From the NCBI GenBank assembly GCA_030765185.1, contig JAVCDE010000024.1, positions 187,538-251,537 on the forward strand: a DNA stretch of 64,000 nt, written 5' to 3'. Below the pieces are notes generated by a model. That model did not search any database and was not told the DNA's origin. It saw only the letters and a program-made list of their open reading frames with translations. The stretch comes from Candidatus Aceula meridiana (GTDB lineage Bacteria > Omnitrophota > Gorgyraeia > Zapsychrales > Aceulaceae). Of the stretch, positions 21,691 through 32,700 are shown piece by piece (position 1 is the first letter of the stretch; each line of letters opens with the position of its first letter). The translations under genes were made by a program, and so were the position numbers.

Positions 21691-22464
21691 CTATTTCGGC
21701 TGGATATACTCGAGACTCCCTAGCGTTATCCAACCCATTTTACCATCTTGACGTCGAACTTTAAGCCAATCTGAATCTTTCTTAACAACAAAAACCTTTG
21801 CCCCTGGATAAAGAGTATAATGTGTTGTCGCATCTTCACGGGGTTCAAATTTCGCTGATGCCTCTTTTAAAATAATAGAAGTTTTTGATTCTATAAATAT
21901 TTTTTGCGTTAACAAAGAAATACCGATAAAAAAAGTAATAAAAATAACCACGGTTACGCTTATTAAGATTTTTTGGTTAATTTTAAAAAGCACTCCTAAG
22001 GCCCAAAGAAGTCCTGCCACGACATACAGAAAGAACAAGAACAATGTCATCTCTGACGTTGTAAAGTCCTCACACACATTTTTCCAAATTCGGGCTGCCA
22101 AAGTTCTTTTAATCTGAACAACCCTCCCCTGGACCAAAGACAATGCATATTGATAATTAGACCTAAGGTCTCCATCTCGGGGAATGAAGCACCTGGCGCG
22201 TTCATAGTTTAAAACTGTTTTTCCTAAATCTTTAAGCTTAAAATAGCTATTAGCCAAATTATAATATAATGAAGGGCTTTCAAATCCTTGCGATAAAATC
22301 TCTTCATACGATTCGACAGCCCTTTGATAATCTTTTTCTTTGTAGGCAAAATTTGCCTGATAAAATTTGGATAAAATGCTATGATCTTGAGCCGCTGCAA
22401 TGCCGACATTAGAAATTATAATAAAAGCGAAAATAAAAACAGCGCTATGCTTCAATTTCTTCAT
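21691..22464 (-). CDS. batE: BatE-like protein: TPR repeats, TM segment and C-terminal SH3b domain
   Basis: Signal peptide, TPR-like YYNLANSYFKLKD, and C-terminal GAKVFVVKKDSDWLKVRRQDGKMGWI. Confidence 0.55.
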   Translation of the reverse strand: MKKLKHSAVFIFAFIIISNVGIAAAQDHSILSKFYQANFAYKEKDYQRAVESYEEILSQGFESPSLYYNLANSYFKLKDLGKTVLNYERARCFIPRDGDLRSNYQYALSLVQGRVVQIKRTLAARIWKNVCEDFTTSEMTLFLFFLYVVAGLLWALGVLFKINQKILISVTVVIFITFFIGISLLTQKIFIESKTSIILKEASAKFEPREDATTHYTLYPGAKVFVVKKDSDWLKVRRQDGKMGWITLGSLEYIQPK

Positions 22465-24308
22465 AAATTTAGCCTCTCTAGGGCATCAACAATTTCTTTA
22501 AGGGCTTGGCAACTTTCTTGCATTTTTGTTTTGTCGGATGAAAGCGCTCCATAGCGGATGGCTTCGCATTCGGCAAAGGCCGCGCTTATTTTTTTCGAAA
22601 GCAGCTCGGACACTCCTTTTTTCAATAAAGAATCCTGAATCTCATGAGCTGTTACGCTCCCTTCGGAAACAGCGAGCTTATAGTGCAAATATTCTTTTAG
22701 GAATTCAAAAAGCCCATCATAAAACTGTTTTTCTTTGCCTTCATGTATTAATTGATAAATTTTCTTTAAACCTTTGCGCGCTTTAGCCGGGGCCTTAAGA
22801 CGTTTGGCATAAACAAGGTCGGTTCGAACGCGTTCCTTGCGCTTATAGAAAACAAAAAATAAGACAATGACAATTGTATATAAAATCACGACTGCTAAAA
22901 AGAAAATATTTTTGTAAAGAGCTTTGCCGATTGGCGTAAATTTTCCAGGACTATCTTTAATAAAAACAATATCCCGGCCAAGCTGATCTTTTGTTTCTGT
23001 AGCCATAGGTGTATTCGGCAAAGCGATTACGTTAAGAGGTTGCTGTTCTTTAGCCGGGCTTACCGATATTTCAAAAGGCCCGCGCGTAAGCGTTTGATAG
23101 ACCCCTGCATTAACATCAAAATAGGTAAATTGAATAGCTGGAATATGCGTAATATTTTCTTTTTTTGGAATCAATACCTGCTCCAAAATTTTTGATCCCT
23201 CTTCTTCTTTAATTTGGGGGTCATAAACCTTAAACTCATCATTCTCTGAAAAAACCGGCATCTTCACATTCTTAAGATTTCCGTTACCAGACAAATCCAT
23301 GCGTACCGTAATAGGGTCGCCAACATTTACTTTTTTAGGGCTTGCTGTTACCGTAAAATTAAACTGGCCAACCGCTGATGAAAAATTATTCGGCACCGGC
23401 TGAGGTAAAGGTTTAACATTAATCTTAAGAGGATCTGCCTGAAACGTAATCGGATATTTCTCATAGCTGCCAAAAAGATCTCCAAAAAAACCATCGTCCA
23501 TCATTCCAAACTCATCAAAGAAAGACCCTCTTTGCCTCTGCTTTTTATAAAGAATATTGGCATCAACCTTAGCCGGCCCTACAGAAAGACCCCCTTCCCT
23601 GACAGGATAAAGCGTTAAATAAAATTCTACCGTGTCATAATAAGCGCCATCTTTAAGTTCTTTGCTCTGAGAAGGCTGGGCAATCTGTTCCGCCACAAAC
23701 CCCTCTGTATTAATTTCTGGAAAACTAATGTCTCTTAAAGCAACTTGCGAGACAAAAAGCTTTACCGATATATCTATTTTTTCATTCAAGTAAACACTGT
23801 TTTTGTTAGCCTGCATCGTTAGGAAAACTTTATCCTGTACGTTTGCCGAAGGTGCCGTCGAAGACTGATCATCACTCTTCACCTGCTCGTTGGACTCAAC
23901 AACATCTATAGCAATTGGATTCGAAGAATAAGTTTTCCCTCCGAGTTCAATTTGTAAAGCCGGAATTTGAAATGTCCCGATTTTTTGTGGAAACAATAAA
24001 TAACGGTGAGAAACAGAAGAAGAATGTTTTCCGTTGATAATGGAGACGCTCGTAGACGGACCTAAATACCTAGATTGAAAGCCGTCTATCTCAGGAAGCT
24101 TAAGCGCACTAGCCTGTTGATTACCATAAACCGTAAGACTCAGCTGAATAGCATCGCCTAAAGTTACGCTCTTGCGGTCAACTGATGCCTCAAAGCCGAC
24201 ATTTTGAGCCTGGGCAGGCAAAGTAATGCCGAGAAACCCTATGGCCAAAAAAATTATCAAAAGAAAAATAAAAGGGAATCTTAGCTTCATCTTACCAATC
24301 TTTCCCAA
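22461..24308 (-). CDS. batD: BatD-like oxygen-tolerance protein
   Basis: Signal peptide, a large extracytoplasmic domain and a single C-terminal TM followed by a cytoplasmic tail. The position in the operon also fits. Confidence 0.55.
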   Translation of the reverse strand: MGKIGKMKLRFPFIFLLIIFLAIGFLGITLPAQAQNVGFEASVDRKSVTLGDAIQLSLTVYGNQQASALKLPEIDGFQSRYLGPSTSVSIINGKHSSSVSHRYLLFPQKIGTFQIPALQIELGGKTYSSNPIAIDVVESNEQVKSDDQSSTAPSANVQDKVFLTMQANKNSVYLNEKIDISVKLFVSQVALRDISFPEINTEGFVAEQIAQPSQSKELKDGAYYDTVEFYLTLYPVREGGLSVGPAKVDANILYKKQRQRGSFFDEFGMMDDGFFGDLFGSYEKYPITFQADPLKINVKPLPQPVPNNFSSAVGQFNFTVTASPKKVNVGDPITVRMDLSGNGNLKNVKMPVFSENDEFKVYDPQIKEEEGSKILEQVLIPKKENITHIPAIQFTYFDVNAGVYQTLTRGPFEISVSPAKEQQPLNVIALPNTPMATETKDQLGRDIVFIKDSPGKFTPIGKALYKNIFFLAVVILYTIVIVLFFVFYKRKERVRTDLVYAKRLKAPAKARKGLKKIYQLIHEGKEKQFYDGLFEFLKEYLHYKLAVSEGSVTAHEIQDSLLKKGVSELLSKKISAAFAECEAIRYGALSSDKTKMQESCQALKEIVDALERLNL

Positions 24309-25215
24309 CTGGAGCCGTTTTTCCTTGAGGGTTGAGATTAAGAAACCCTTTTGGCTCTTCAGTCTGCTGATAATGGTCTAAAAACATTTTAGCTTCTTGG
24401 CCCGACATCTTTGATTGATCTTGTTGCGCAGTGCCTTGCCCCTCTTGCTGCTTTGATTTTTGGGCATCTTTCTGCCCTTCAGATGAAGAGGAAGACGATT
24501 GTCCTTTTTTCTCTTCCTCGCCTTGAGAAGATTTTGGTGTTTGCTCGTTAGACTGCTGCTGACCTTTTTGTTGATTCTGCTCTTGTTGTTGCTCCTGCGT
24601 CTTGTCCTGATCTTTATTTTGTTGTGCCTGATTCTTTTGAGAGCTTTGCTGCTTATCTTGTTGCTGTTGGTCTTTCTGATCTTTATTTTTTGATTCAGAA
24701 CTTTGTTGAGACTGTGCCTTGTTTTGTTTTTGTTGCTGCATTTCTTTCTTTAGTCGCTCAAGCTCTTTTTTAACAAATTCATAATTATGCTTTGCCTTAG
24801 AATCTTGATCTTCAAGATCTATAGCTTTTTTAAAAGAGGCTAAACTTTTTTCCAAAGATTGAACGGCAGAAGGTAAATCTTTTTCCTCCTGCATGATACC
24901 GTCTTGGTAAAAAGCATTGCCGAGATTATAATGTGCTTTTTGTTTTAACGGCTCCTGGTCGCTTAAAAGGGCTTTTTGAAAATGCTCAAGAGACTGCGCA
25001 TAATCTTCATTTTTATAAAAAGCAGAGCCCAAGTTAAAATTGATGATATCAGAATTTTCGTTTTCCTTCAAAGCCTTCTTATAATTTTCTAGGGATTTTT
25101 GGTATTCTTTTTTTTCATAAAAATGGTTTCCCTGCTTAACCTGCGACCGCACAGATGCTAAACAAGTTTTCGGAAAAAAAGAAAGAATAACTAAAATCCA
25201 GAGAATTTTCTTCAT
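24292..25215 (-). CDS. batC: BatC-like TPR protein with a ~120-aa Q/K/S/E-rich low-complexity C-terminal tail
   Basis: Signal peptide, TPR repeats, then a QQQ/KDQ-rich tail. Confidence 0.55.
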   Translation of the reverse strand: MKKILWILVILSFFPKTCLASVRSQVKQGNHFYEKKEYQKSLENYKKALKENENSDIINFNLGSAFYKNEDYAQSLEHFQKALLSDQEPLKQKAHYNLGNAFYQDGIMQEEKDLPSAVQSLEKSLASFKKAIDLEDQDSKAKHNYEFVKKELERLKKEMQQQKQNKAQSQQSSESKNKDQKDQQQQDKQQSSQKNQAQQNKDQDKTQEQQQEQNQQKGQQQSNEQTPKSSQGEEEKKGQSSSSSSEGQKDAQKSKQQEGQGTAQQDQSKMSGQEAKMFLDHYQQTEEPKGFLNLNPQGKTAPVGKDW

Positions 25216-26216
25216 ATTTTCTTTCGCGTTGAAATAAGCGTTTCTAAAATAAGAAGTAAAAGCGCTAAAAAAAGAGGATACTGAAACCTTTCAATATATT
25301 GTTTTTTCATTTTGCTTTCTATCTCGCGCTTCTCCATCTTTGAAAGCCGTGTTTCATAAATATAGTCTAACCCAAACTCAGCCCCACTTGCGCGAACATA
25401 GGCCCCACCGGTAGATAATGCAATAGACTTTAGAATACTTTCATTCAAGCGGGATTTAACAAAATTCCCTTGGTCATCTTTTAAGAATTCATATTCCCCG
25501 CCTTCATTTTTGATGCGGATGAGCTCGCCCTCCGGAGTCCCGATGCCAATACAAAATATTTTGATACCTTTCTTCTTAGCTTCCTCAACCGCTACCATGG
25601 GGTCACCCTCAAAATTTTCTCCATCCGTGATAATAACAACAGCGCGGTAATCACTCGTTGCATTCTTATATCCTTTAACAGACTGTAAAATCGCAGCAGA
25701 AAGAGACGTCCCACCGCGCGAAATCGTGTTTGGGTCCAGATCATCTAAGCTTAAAAGAAACCCACTATAGTCCACCGTTAGAGGACAGACAAGAAACGCC
25801 GTTCCCTCAAAAGCAACAAGGCCAATGCGGTCGCCATCTAATTCTTTAACCAAATCTTTAACCGCTAACTTTGCTTTTCCCAAACGATTAGGCTTTACAT
25901 CTTGAGCTAGCATGCTGTTCGAGGTATCTATCGCAATAACGATATCCAGGCCTTGATGCTTAACCTCTTGCCAATGAAATCCCCATTGAGGCCGCGCTAT
26001 GGCTATGGCACAAAAAATAATAATGACGACAAGAATAATAGACTTAAGAACTTCCCTCTGGCCATAGCGATTAAACGCAATAGCGTCCATAAGATTAACA
26101 TTCACAAATTTTTGCATGCGTTTCTTTTTATACCCGGCTGCAAACCACAAAAAAAGGCTAAGGCCTAAAGCCAACCATAAGAAATTCATTCCTGAAATAT
26201 TAGCAAATCGTATCAT
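25212..26216 (-). CDS. batB: BatB-like VWA-domain membrane protein
   Basis: DIVIAIDTSNSM MIDAS motif with N- and C-terminal TM segments. Confidence 0.7.
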   Translation of the reverse strand: MIRFANISGMNFLWLALGLSLFLWFAAGYKKKRMQKFVNVNLMDAIAFNRYGQREVLKSIILVVIIIFCAIAIARPQWGFHWQEVKHQGLDIVIAIDTSNSMLAQDVKPNRLGKAKLAVKDLVKELDGDRIGLVAFEGTAFLVCPLTVDYSGFLLSLDDLDPNTISRGGTSLSAAILQSVKGYKNATSDYRAVVIITDGENFEGDPMVAVEEAKKKGIKIFCIGIGTPEGELIRIKNEGGEYEFLKDDQGNFVKSRLNESILKSIALSTGGAYVRASGAEFGLDYIYETRLSKMEKREIESKMKKQYIERFQYPLFLALLLLILETLISTRKKI

Positions 26217-26219
26217 AGT

Positions 26220-27218
26220 TTAAGGAATCTTTAAAAGCCATGTTCTTGAAAGAATAATTTCCAAAAATAAAATACCCATTCCAAGCAAAAGAAAAATCCA
26301 AAAAAGCGGGTCATAACGCTTGTATCCAGTCTGAAAAATTTCCGTCTTTTCCATCTTATCAATTTCTCCATAAACCGCTCGGAGAGAATCCGTATCTGTT
26401 GCCTCGAAGAATTTCGCACCCGTTGTTTTCGCAATAGCTTTAAGAGACTTATCATCTAAATTAATTTGCACATTCTGATAACCTCGTCTTCCCCAAACAT
26501 CCGTAACCGGAAAAGGAACCAACCCTTTTGTCCCCGCACCTATGGTATAAACACGGATGCCGAGCGCCTGCGCCATTTTTGCAGCAGTTTCAGGCGAAAT
26601 TTTTCCGGCATTATTAACGCCATCGGTCAAAAGAATAATAATTTTACTTTTAGCATGGCTATCGCGAAGCCTAGCAACTGATGAGGCAATTGCCGAACCG
26701 ATGGCCGTTCCGTCTTCAATAAGCCCTAATTTAATCCGCTCTAGGTTCGTCAAAAGCCAATCTTGGTCAAACGTCAGCGGACAGACCGTATAGGCAAACC
26801 GTGCAAAGGCCACAACACCGATGCGGTCATCAGGTCTTTTGCTAATGAATTCTTCGACAACATTTTTAACAACATCTAAGCGGTTAACTCTTTTGCCGTT
26901 TACTTTAAAATCTTCGGCGGCCATACTACCGGAAGTATCGATTGCTAAAATAATATCAATACCTTCGGTTTTATATTTCGCTTGTTCAAGAATTTTGCGA
27001 GGGCCAGCAAGGGCGAGAAGAAAAAACAAAATAGCCAAAAATCGTAAAACAAAAAGACGTTGATTTAAATAAATTTTTAACCCTTGCGGTAATCCCCTTG
27101 CGAGATTAACGGAAGAAAATTTAAATGAAGGCGGCTTGTTACCTCGGTTAAAAAAATATACCAATCCAAGGACAATCGGAATTAAAACAAGAACCCAGGG
27201 CGTTTGAAAATCGATCAT
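26220..27218 (-). CDS. batA: BatA-like VWA-domain membrane protein
   Basis: DIILAIDTSGSM MIDAS motif with flanking TMs. Confidence 0.7.
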   Translation of the reverse strand: MIDFQTPWVLVLIPIVLGLVYFFNRGNKPPSFKFSSVNLARGLPQGLKIYLNQRLFVLRFLAILFFLLALAGPRKILEQAKYKTEGIDIILAIDTSGSMAAEDFKVNGKRVNRLDVVKNVVEEFISKRPDDRIGVVAFARFAYTVCPLTFDQDWLLTNLERIKLGLIEDGTAIGSAIASSVARLRDSHAKSKIIILLTDGVNNAGKISPETAAKMAQALGIRVYTIGAGTKGLVPFPVTDVWGRRGYQNVQINLDDKSLKAIAKTTGAKFFEATDTDSLRAVYGEIDKMEKTEIFQTGYKRYDPLFWIFLLLGMGILFLEIILSRTWLLKIP

Positions 27219-27772
27219 TTTTTTAAAATAATGCCTTCTGTTTGCTTGGTTTCATCGATAAGCTTTTTGGCTGCTGTAAAGCCTTCTTCCATCTCAGAAA
27301 GACTCGGGCCATATTTTGCAAATTTGACTAAATCGCATAAATTTAAAAAATGAAATAATAACTCCTTGTGACGGGCGACCAAAGACGGCGAAAGGTGCAA
27401 TGTATGTAAAAATTCTTCTGTCGTCATCTCAGGGGCATGAATGTCAAATTGAGACTCAAGATACCTGCGCACAATATCTGAAAGCACTGTGTAATATTCT
27501 TTAATTTTTCCCGCAGCTGGCAAGTTGAGGCGTTTTAATTCTTCAAGGGCCTCATAAGCAATTAAATAAGAAGGCTTGGCCGGCAAAACAATTTTTTTCT
27601 GCGCTTTCATTCTTTTTCTCAAAAAGCGAATAATGAAAAAAGCTCCTACAATTAAAGCTATTGCTAGAAGGAGAAAAAGCAAAAAATAATTTGGCGGAAA
27701 ATCAACCGGCGGTTGAATGTCCTGAAGCCCCTCTATTTCGTTTTGCGCAAAACAATCCAAAGCAAAAATCAT
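27215..27772 (-). CDS. Small single-TM protein, DUF4381-like, conserved in Bat loci
   Basis: One N-terminal TM helix. Its position between the DUF58 gene and batA matches other Bat operons. Family call is from memory. Confidence 0.4.
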   Translation of the reverse strand: MIFALDCFAQNEIEGLQDIQPPVDFPPNYFLLFLLLAIALIVGAFFIIRFLRKRMKAQKKIVLPAKPSYLIAYEALEELKRLNLPAAGKIKEYYTVLSDIVRRYLESQFDIHAPEMTTEEFLHTLHLSPSLVARHKELLFHFLNLCDLVKFAKYGPSLSEMEEGFTAAKKLIDETKQTEGIILKK

Positions 27773-28665
27773 GATGACCGAGACCTCTTCTGTCTTTTTA
27801 AAAAGAATTTAACAAGCTCCTGAGCATAGGGTTTATCTGTCGAAATATCAACATGGTCAACACCAATTGAAGTAAATAGGTCACTGCGCTCTTTCATCCT
27901 TTTTTGAGCGTTCTCCCCATACTGACGCCGAACCTTAAGGTTGTTTGTATCAAGAACACAAAGCTCCCCTGTTTCTGCATCTTTAAGTTCAACAAGGCCA
28001 CAATTCGGCAAATCTGCTTCTAAGGGATCATTTAAAGTAATTGCGACTAAATCATGACGCTTGTTGGAAACAGAAAGTTTCTTTTTAAGATTCTCCAGTG
28101 ATCCTTTCTCAAAGAAATCCGAAATAACAAAAGAAACGCTCTTGCGCGGCGTAACCCGATTTAAATAATCAAGGCTTAAGGCAATGTCTGTATGTCTTCC
28201 TTCTGGGTCAAAATAAAGAACTTCGCGAATGACGCGAAGGACATGGCGCAGCCCCTTGCGAGGCGGAATAAACTTCTCAATCTGATCGGTAAACATAATA
28301 AGGCCTACTTTATCGTTATTGCGAATGGCGGAAAACGCCAGGATGGCTGCGATCTCAGCCGCTAATTTACTTTTTAGATTGTTGACTGTGGCAAATTGGC
28401 AGGAAGCGGACACATCGACTAAAAGCATAACAGTCAGTTCCCGCTCTTCAATGTATTTCTTAATATGAGGCCGGCCAGTCCTTGCCGTAACGTTCCAATC
28501 GATGGCGCGGATATCATCTCCAGGTTGATATTCACGCACCTCATCGAATTCCATGCCGGACCCTTTAAAAACGCTATGATAGGCGCCAGCGAAAACATCG
28601 CTCACAAGGCGAGAGGTCGTAATTTCAATACGCCTAACTTTTTGAAAAAGTTCTTTAGGAATCAT
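27769..28665 (-). CDS. DUF58 protein (VWA-like, MoxR partner)
   Basis: EFDEVREYQPGDDIRAIDW...LLVDVSAS signature. Confidence 0.75.
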   Translation of the reverse strand: MIPKELFQKVRRIEITTSRLVSDVFAGAYHSVFKGSGMEFDEVREYQPGDDIRAIDWNVTARTGRPHIKKYIEERELTVMLLVDVSASCQFATVNNLKSKLAAEIAAILAFSAIRNNDKVGLIMFTDQIEKFIPPRKGLRHVLRVIREVLYFDPEGRHTDIALSLDYLNRVTPRKSVSFVISDFFEKGSLENLKKKLSVSNKRHDLVAITLNDPLEADLPNCGLVELKDAETGELCVLDTNNLKVRRQYGENAQKRMKERSDLFTSIGVDHVDISTDKPYAQELVKFFLKRQKRSRSS

Positions 28666-28684
28666 GTTGTATCTACGGGACTTT

Positions 28685-29683
28685 TTATGGAACTTCTACT
28701 TCTTCAAAAATACGCTTAATCAAATCTTCTGATGTCTTTTCTTCGGCTTCTGCTTCATAACTGACAATAACACGATGACGCAGCACATCAAGTCCAATGG
28801 ATTTAACATCCTGAGGTGTCACATAGCCGCGTCTTTGGACAAAAGCATAAGCTTTAGCGGCAATGGCTAAATAAATCGTAGCCCGCGGAGAAGCACCATA
28901 TCGGATGAGCCCTTTAAGTTCACCAAGATTATAATTTTGCGGCTCACGCGTGGCTGTAATTAAGTCTACAATATAATGCTCAATCTTTTCATCCATATAA
29001 ATTTCATCAATAATATTGCGAACCCTGATAATGTCCTCAGGCTTAATAATCTCTTGAGTTTCAAACTGCTTATTTGTGTAGGACATTCTCTTTAAAATTT
29101 TATACTCTTCCTCTTTACTGGGATAAGTAATGTTGACTTTGAGCATAAAACGATCTACTTGCGCCTCCGGCAAAGGATAGGTTCCCTCCTGCTCAATCGG
29201 ATTTTGTGTCGCTAAAACTAAAAACGGATCATCTAATTTTAAAGTTTGATCGCCAATCGTGACTTGCCTCTCTTGCATAGCCTCAAGAAGTGCGCTTTGA
29301 ACTTTTGCCGGAGCACGGTTAATTTCATCAGCTAAAATAATATTCGCAAAAAGAGGCCCCTTTTTGACACTGAATGAAGATGTCTTTGGCTCATAAATCA
29401 TAGTTCCGGTAAGGTCAGCCGGTAGCATGTCAGGAGTAAACTGGAGGCGTTGAAACTTCGCTTGAATCGCCCCCGCCAGAGCCTTAACAGCCGTTGTCTT
29501 GGCTAGGCCTGGAACGCCTTCGATTAAAATATGGCCATTAGCTAAAAGACAGACTAACAGCCTCTCAAGCAAATATTTTTGCCCTACGATAATCTTTTCC
29601 ATCTCAAAAAAAATGCCATCTAAAAAAGCGCTCTCTTTTTTTACTTTTTCATTAATCGCGGTAATATCTTTATTTTCTACCAT
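28685..29683 (-). CDS. MoxR-family AAA+ ATPase
   Basis: Walker A GVPGLAKT and LIEGVPG...DMLPADLTGT; 332 aa. Confidence 0.85.
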   Translation of the reverse strand: MVENKDITAINEKVKKESAFLDGIFFEMEKIIVGQKYLLERLLVCLLANGHILIEGVPGLAKTTAVKALAGAIQAKFQRLQFTPDMLPADLTGTMIYEPKTSSFSVKKGPLFANIILADEINRAPAKVQSALLEAMQERQVTIGDQTLKLDDPFLVLATQNPIEQEGTYPLPEAQVDRFMLKVNITYPSKEEEYKILKRMSYTNKQFETQEIIKPEDIIRVRNIIDEIYMDEKIEHYIVDLITATREPQNYNLGELKGLIRYGASPRATIYLAIAAKAYAFVQRRGYVTPQDVKSIGLDVLRHRVIVSYEAEAEEKTSEDLIKRIFEEVEVP

Positions 29684-29770
29684 AGCTTCCTCCTATGTTA
29701 AATAATTCTTTTACCATTATTTATAATGCAAAATTTTTAAAAATTCAATATTTTTTTAAAAGCACGCCGC

Positions 29771-32700
29771 TTAAAAGAAAACGTCAATACGCTCAACTTG
29801 ATTATCCCGCACCGCATTAGCATGCGGCGCCGGAATAACCTCTGCATTAATTTTAATTTTCTTTTTAGGCTTTAGGTAAGTTAAAACAATTTCTTTTATT
29901 TTTATTTTATAGGTGTCTCGCCGCTTAGGATTATGATAAACGACTAAGGTCGATCCCATAAAATTAAAAGCATAAGTATCTTTAAGAAAATTAATGTTTT
30001 GCCACTTTTGGTTTTTATTAAAATAGCGAATCGTCGTGGGCTGAGTCGTAAAAAAGCTTCCTTTTAAGACCGGCTGAAATTGAAGCGCAAGAGCCCCTTT
30101 AGCATCTACTACGAATGGCCTTAAGCCTGCATTCATCAAAAGCCAAATATGTACAAATTCCGCCGTTGATCCGCTCAAGCGAGCTACATAGCCTCGTCCA
30201 TGCTGATGGGGATCCTCATGAGCGCTAGAGACAATAAACGAAGAATTCTCTAAAATGCTGCGTCCGTATTTCTCAGCGTTAAGAAACGGTACTGCAGTCT
30301 TTGACAAATCTTCGTGAAACTCTTCATAAAGCCCGCAGCGCAAAGTTTCTAGAAGAAATTTGTATTCCATGTGTAACCATATGGATTGATTTTCTAACCA
30401 CCCAGCCGGAAAAACACGCGCCCGTCCTATCTCCGAAGTTTCTTTTGATAAATCTGTATTAACACGATACATTTTTAACTTTTTATCAAACAGTGCGCTC
30501 CGCCTTACCTTTTGATAAATCTCTTGCGCTTGCTTTTTATCTTTCTCAACACGTAGCGCATGGACAAAGCCTTCTAAAAATAAAGGTAAATTATGTCTCT
30601 TAAATCCTAAAGGAGCAACAAACGGCAATCCTTGAGCGCTTATTCTATTCAATTTTTTATAATGTGTGATCTCATGAAAGAAATATGTCGCCATACCTTT
30701 CTTGCCCTTCGCCAAGCGGACAGATTTGTCGGTTCGCTTGATAACAAGAGAAAGAAATTTCTTAATCTCAAGAATAGAAATCTTCTTTTCTTTTCCTGTT
30801 AGGCCTGTCAAAACCGAAAGACGATAGCGCTCCTTGATTTCATTTGATTTTTCCCAATAAGAAAGTGAATACGGTTCATCACGCAAAACATCATATAATT
30901 TCCTAACAAATTCTGCCAATTCTTCAAATAAAAGAATACTGTCATTATCATCTACTCCAAGAGTATTCAATGAATCTGACAAAAACAAACAAAACCGTTT
31001 TAACTCAAGAGTCTCAGAAAGTGATGACCCCAAAAGACCAGGAAGCCCATTTAAGGCGTCATACCAATTTGGCTTGTTCGCTTCCATTTCAACGCCAACC
31101 CCAGACGGATCCAAAGAAGCAGCTTTATTGGAGACAAGACATAAAAGTTTTGCAATTAGCGTTGTTTGGTAAACACTTTTTTTTCCTTTTTTCATGCGTA
31201 ATTTATCATCCTTTTTGTGCAAGAGCATTTCTTCAGGCATTTTTGCAACTGAATGATACTGACGAGGCCCACGTTCTGTCAAAATATAACGATTTCGTCT
31301 CGGCAAAACATAATGATCATTATGATAAAAACTAAAAACTTTTTTCTTTAAAAGCAGCTGACGCAATTGATCAGGATAAACATTTAAATAACTCTCGATC
31401 AAGTCTAAATTATATGTCCAGTGGTCTGTCCAAAAGCCTTCACCATGGTCAGCAAGTTCGCGCTCATGACAGAGAGCTAAAATTTTCATTAAAAAACTAT
31501 CCGGCGGTGTTTTAAGATGAATGTCCTCCTCAAAAATAGTTTTTAGAACTCGGCCGGGAAAGAAATCTCCTTTTAAAAGGTTACGTACAAAAGCTACGTC
31601 CTCGCATTGGACATACTGCTTAATTAACTTCTCGGCCTTTTTGCTATCACGAAAATAAAATGCTGTCCCCCTTACAACAAGGGGGTTGTACCCATCGGCC
31701 TGTGTCAAATTTAAAAAATCGACGATACTGCCATCTTTTAAATCACGATTAAACCAAACATCATTGCGTCTATTTTGATTAACATCGCGATAGTTTCCAT
31801 TTCCCTGTGAAAGAAATGTTGGATCAAGAACAAAATAATTATAATCACGTTCAGGATCACCATGCTTACGACTAAAAACATTTAAAACAGAAGTGCCAAT
31901 ATCAGTTTTAAGAGAAATCGGCAAACCTCCTCGCAAGACGTTATCAACAAATGTCTGCATCGAATACAAATTTAGCTCTCTTGATTCACTATTCGTTAAA
32001 ACATAATTTTTAAGTTCATTAATAATTTCTTCGTTACGATGCATTTTCTTTTGAACATATTCACCCAAGACACTCTTTCTTACAATCCGATTAAGCTGTG
32101 GCTTGCTATGAATATGTCCCACCATAGATGTAATGGTCGTAGCCTCTCCTTTTTTAAGCGAAAACTTCGCGAAGCTCATCGCGCTTGGTGTTTTATTATT
32201 TGTCTTCTGCTTAGCAGGAACCTTAAAATTCTCCTGAGCTAAAAAATTCTTTGGATAATCAAAATCCTTAGACTGACCAAAAATACATTTTGGCTGAACA
32301 ATCGGCTCCAAAAGCTTTGGTTTTGTTTTATGGTTTAAGAAGCTAAAATAAAAATTTCCCTCATCAATATTCTCAACATAAGGCTTGTCTGAAACAATAA
32401 CTTTTAGATTATAATACGGGGCCTTCTTCTCTAGGTTACTAACTTGAATCCATGCTTCAACAGTGCGAGATAAATCTTTTAAGAGCCTGTCATTAAACCC
32501 ATAAGGAACAATCGAAGGCATCCCGTCTAAAACTTCAAATTGATAATTAGCGGCCGAAATATTCTCTACAGTCACCTTTCGAATCAAGGCCGCATATTGC
32601 TCTTCGGGGAGAGTTGCATAATTAACGCGGACGACAATACCTAATGTTTCATTCGTTTCTTCAATCGTCAAATCATGAGCTGTCATGGCCATTTTGTTGT

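Noticed and set aside
24499-24693. 64-aa Leu-rich plus-strand ORF
   Set aside because: It is antisense to the CAA/CAG-rich low-complexity tail of BatC. The poly-Leu sequence is the complement of poly-Gln/Lys codons.
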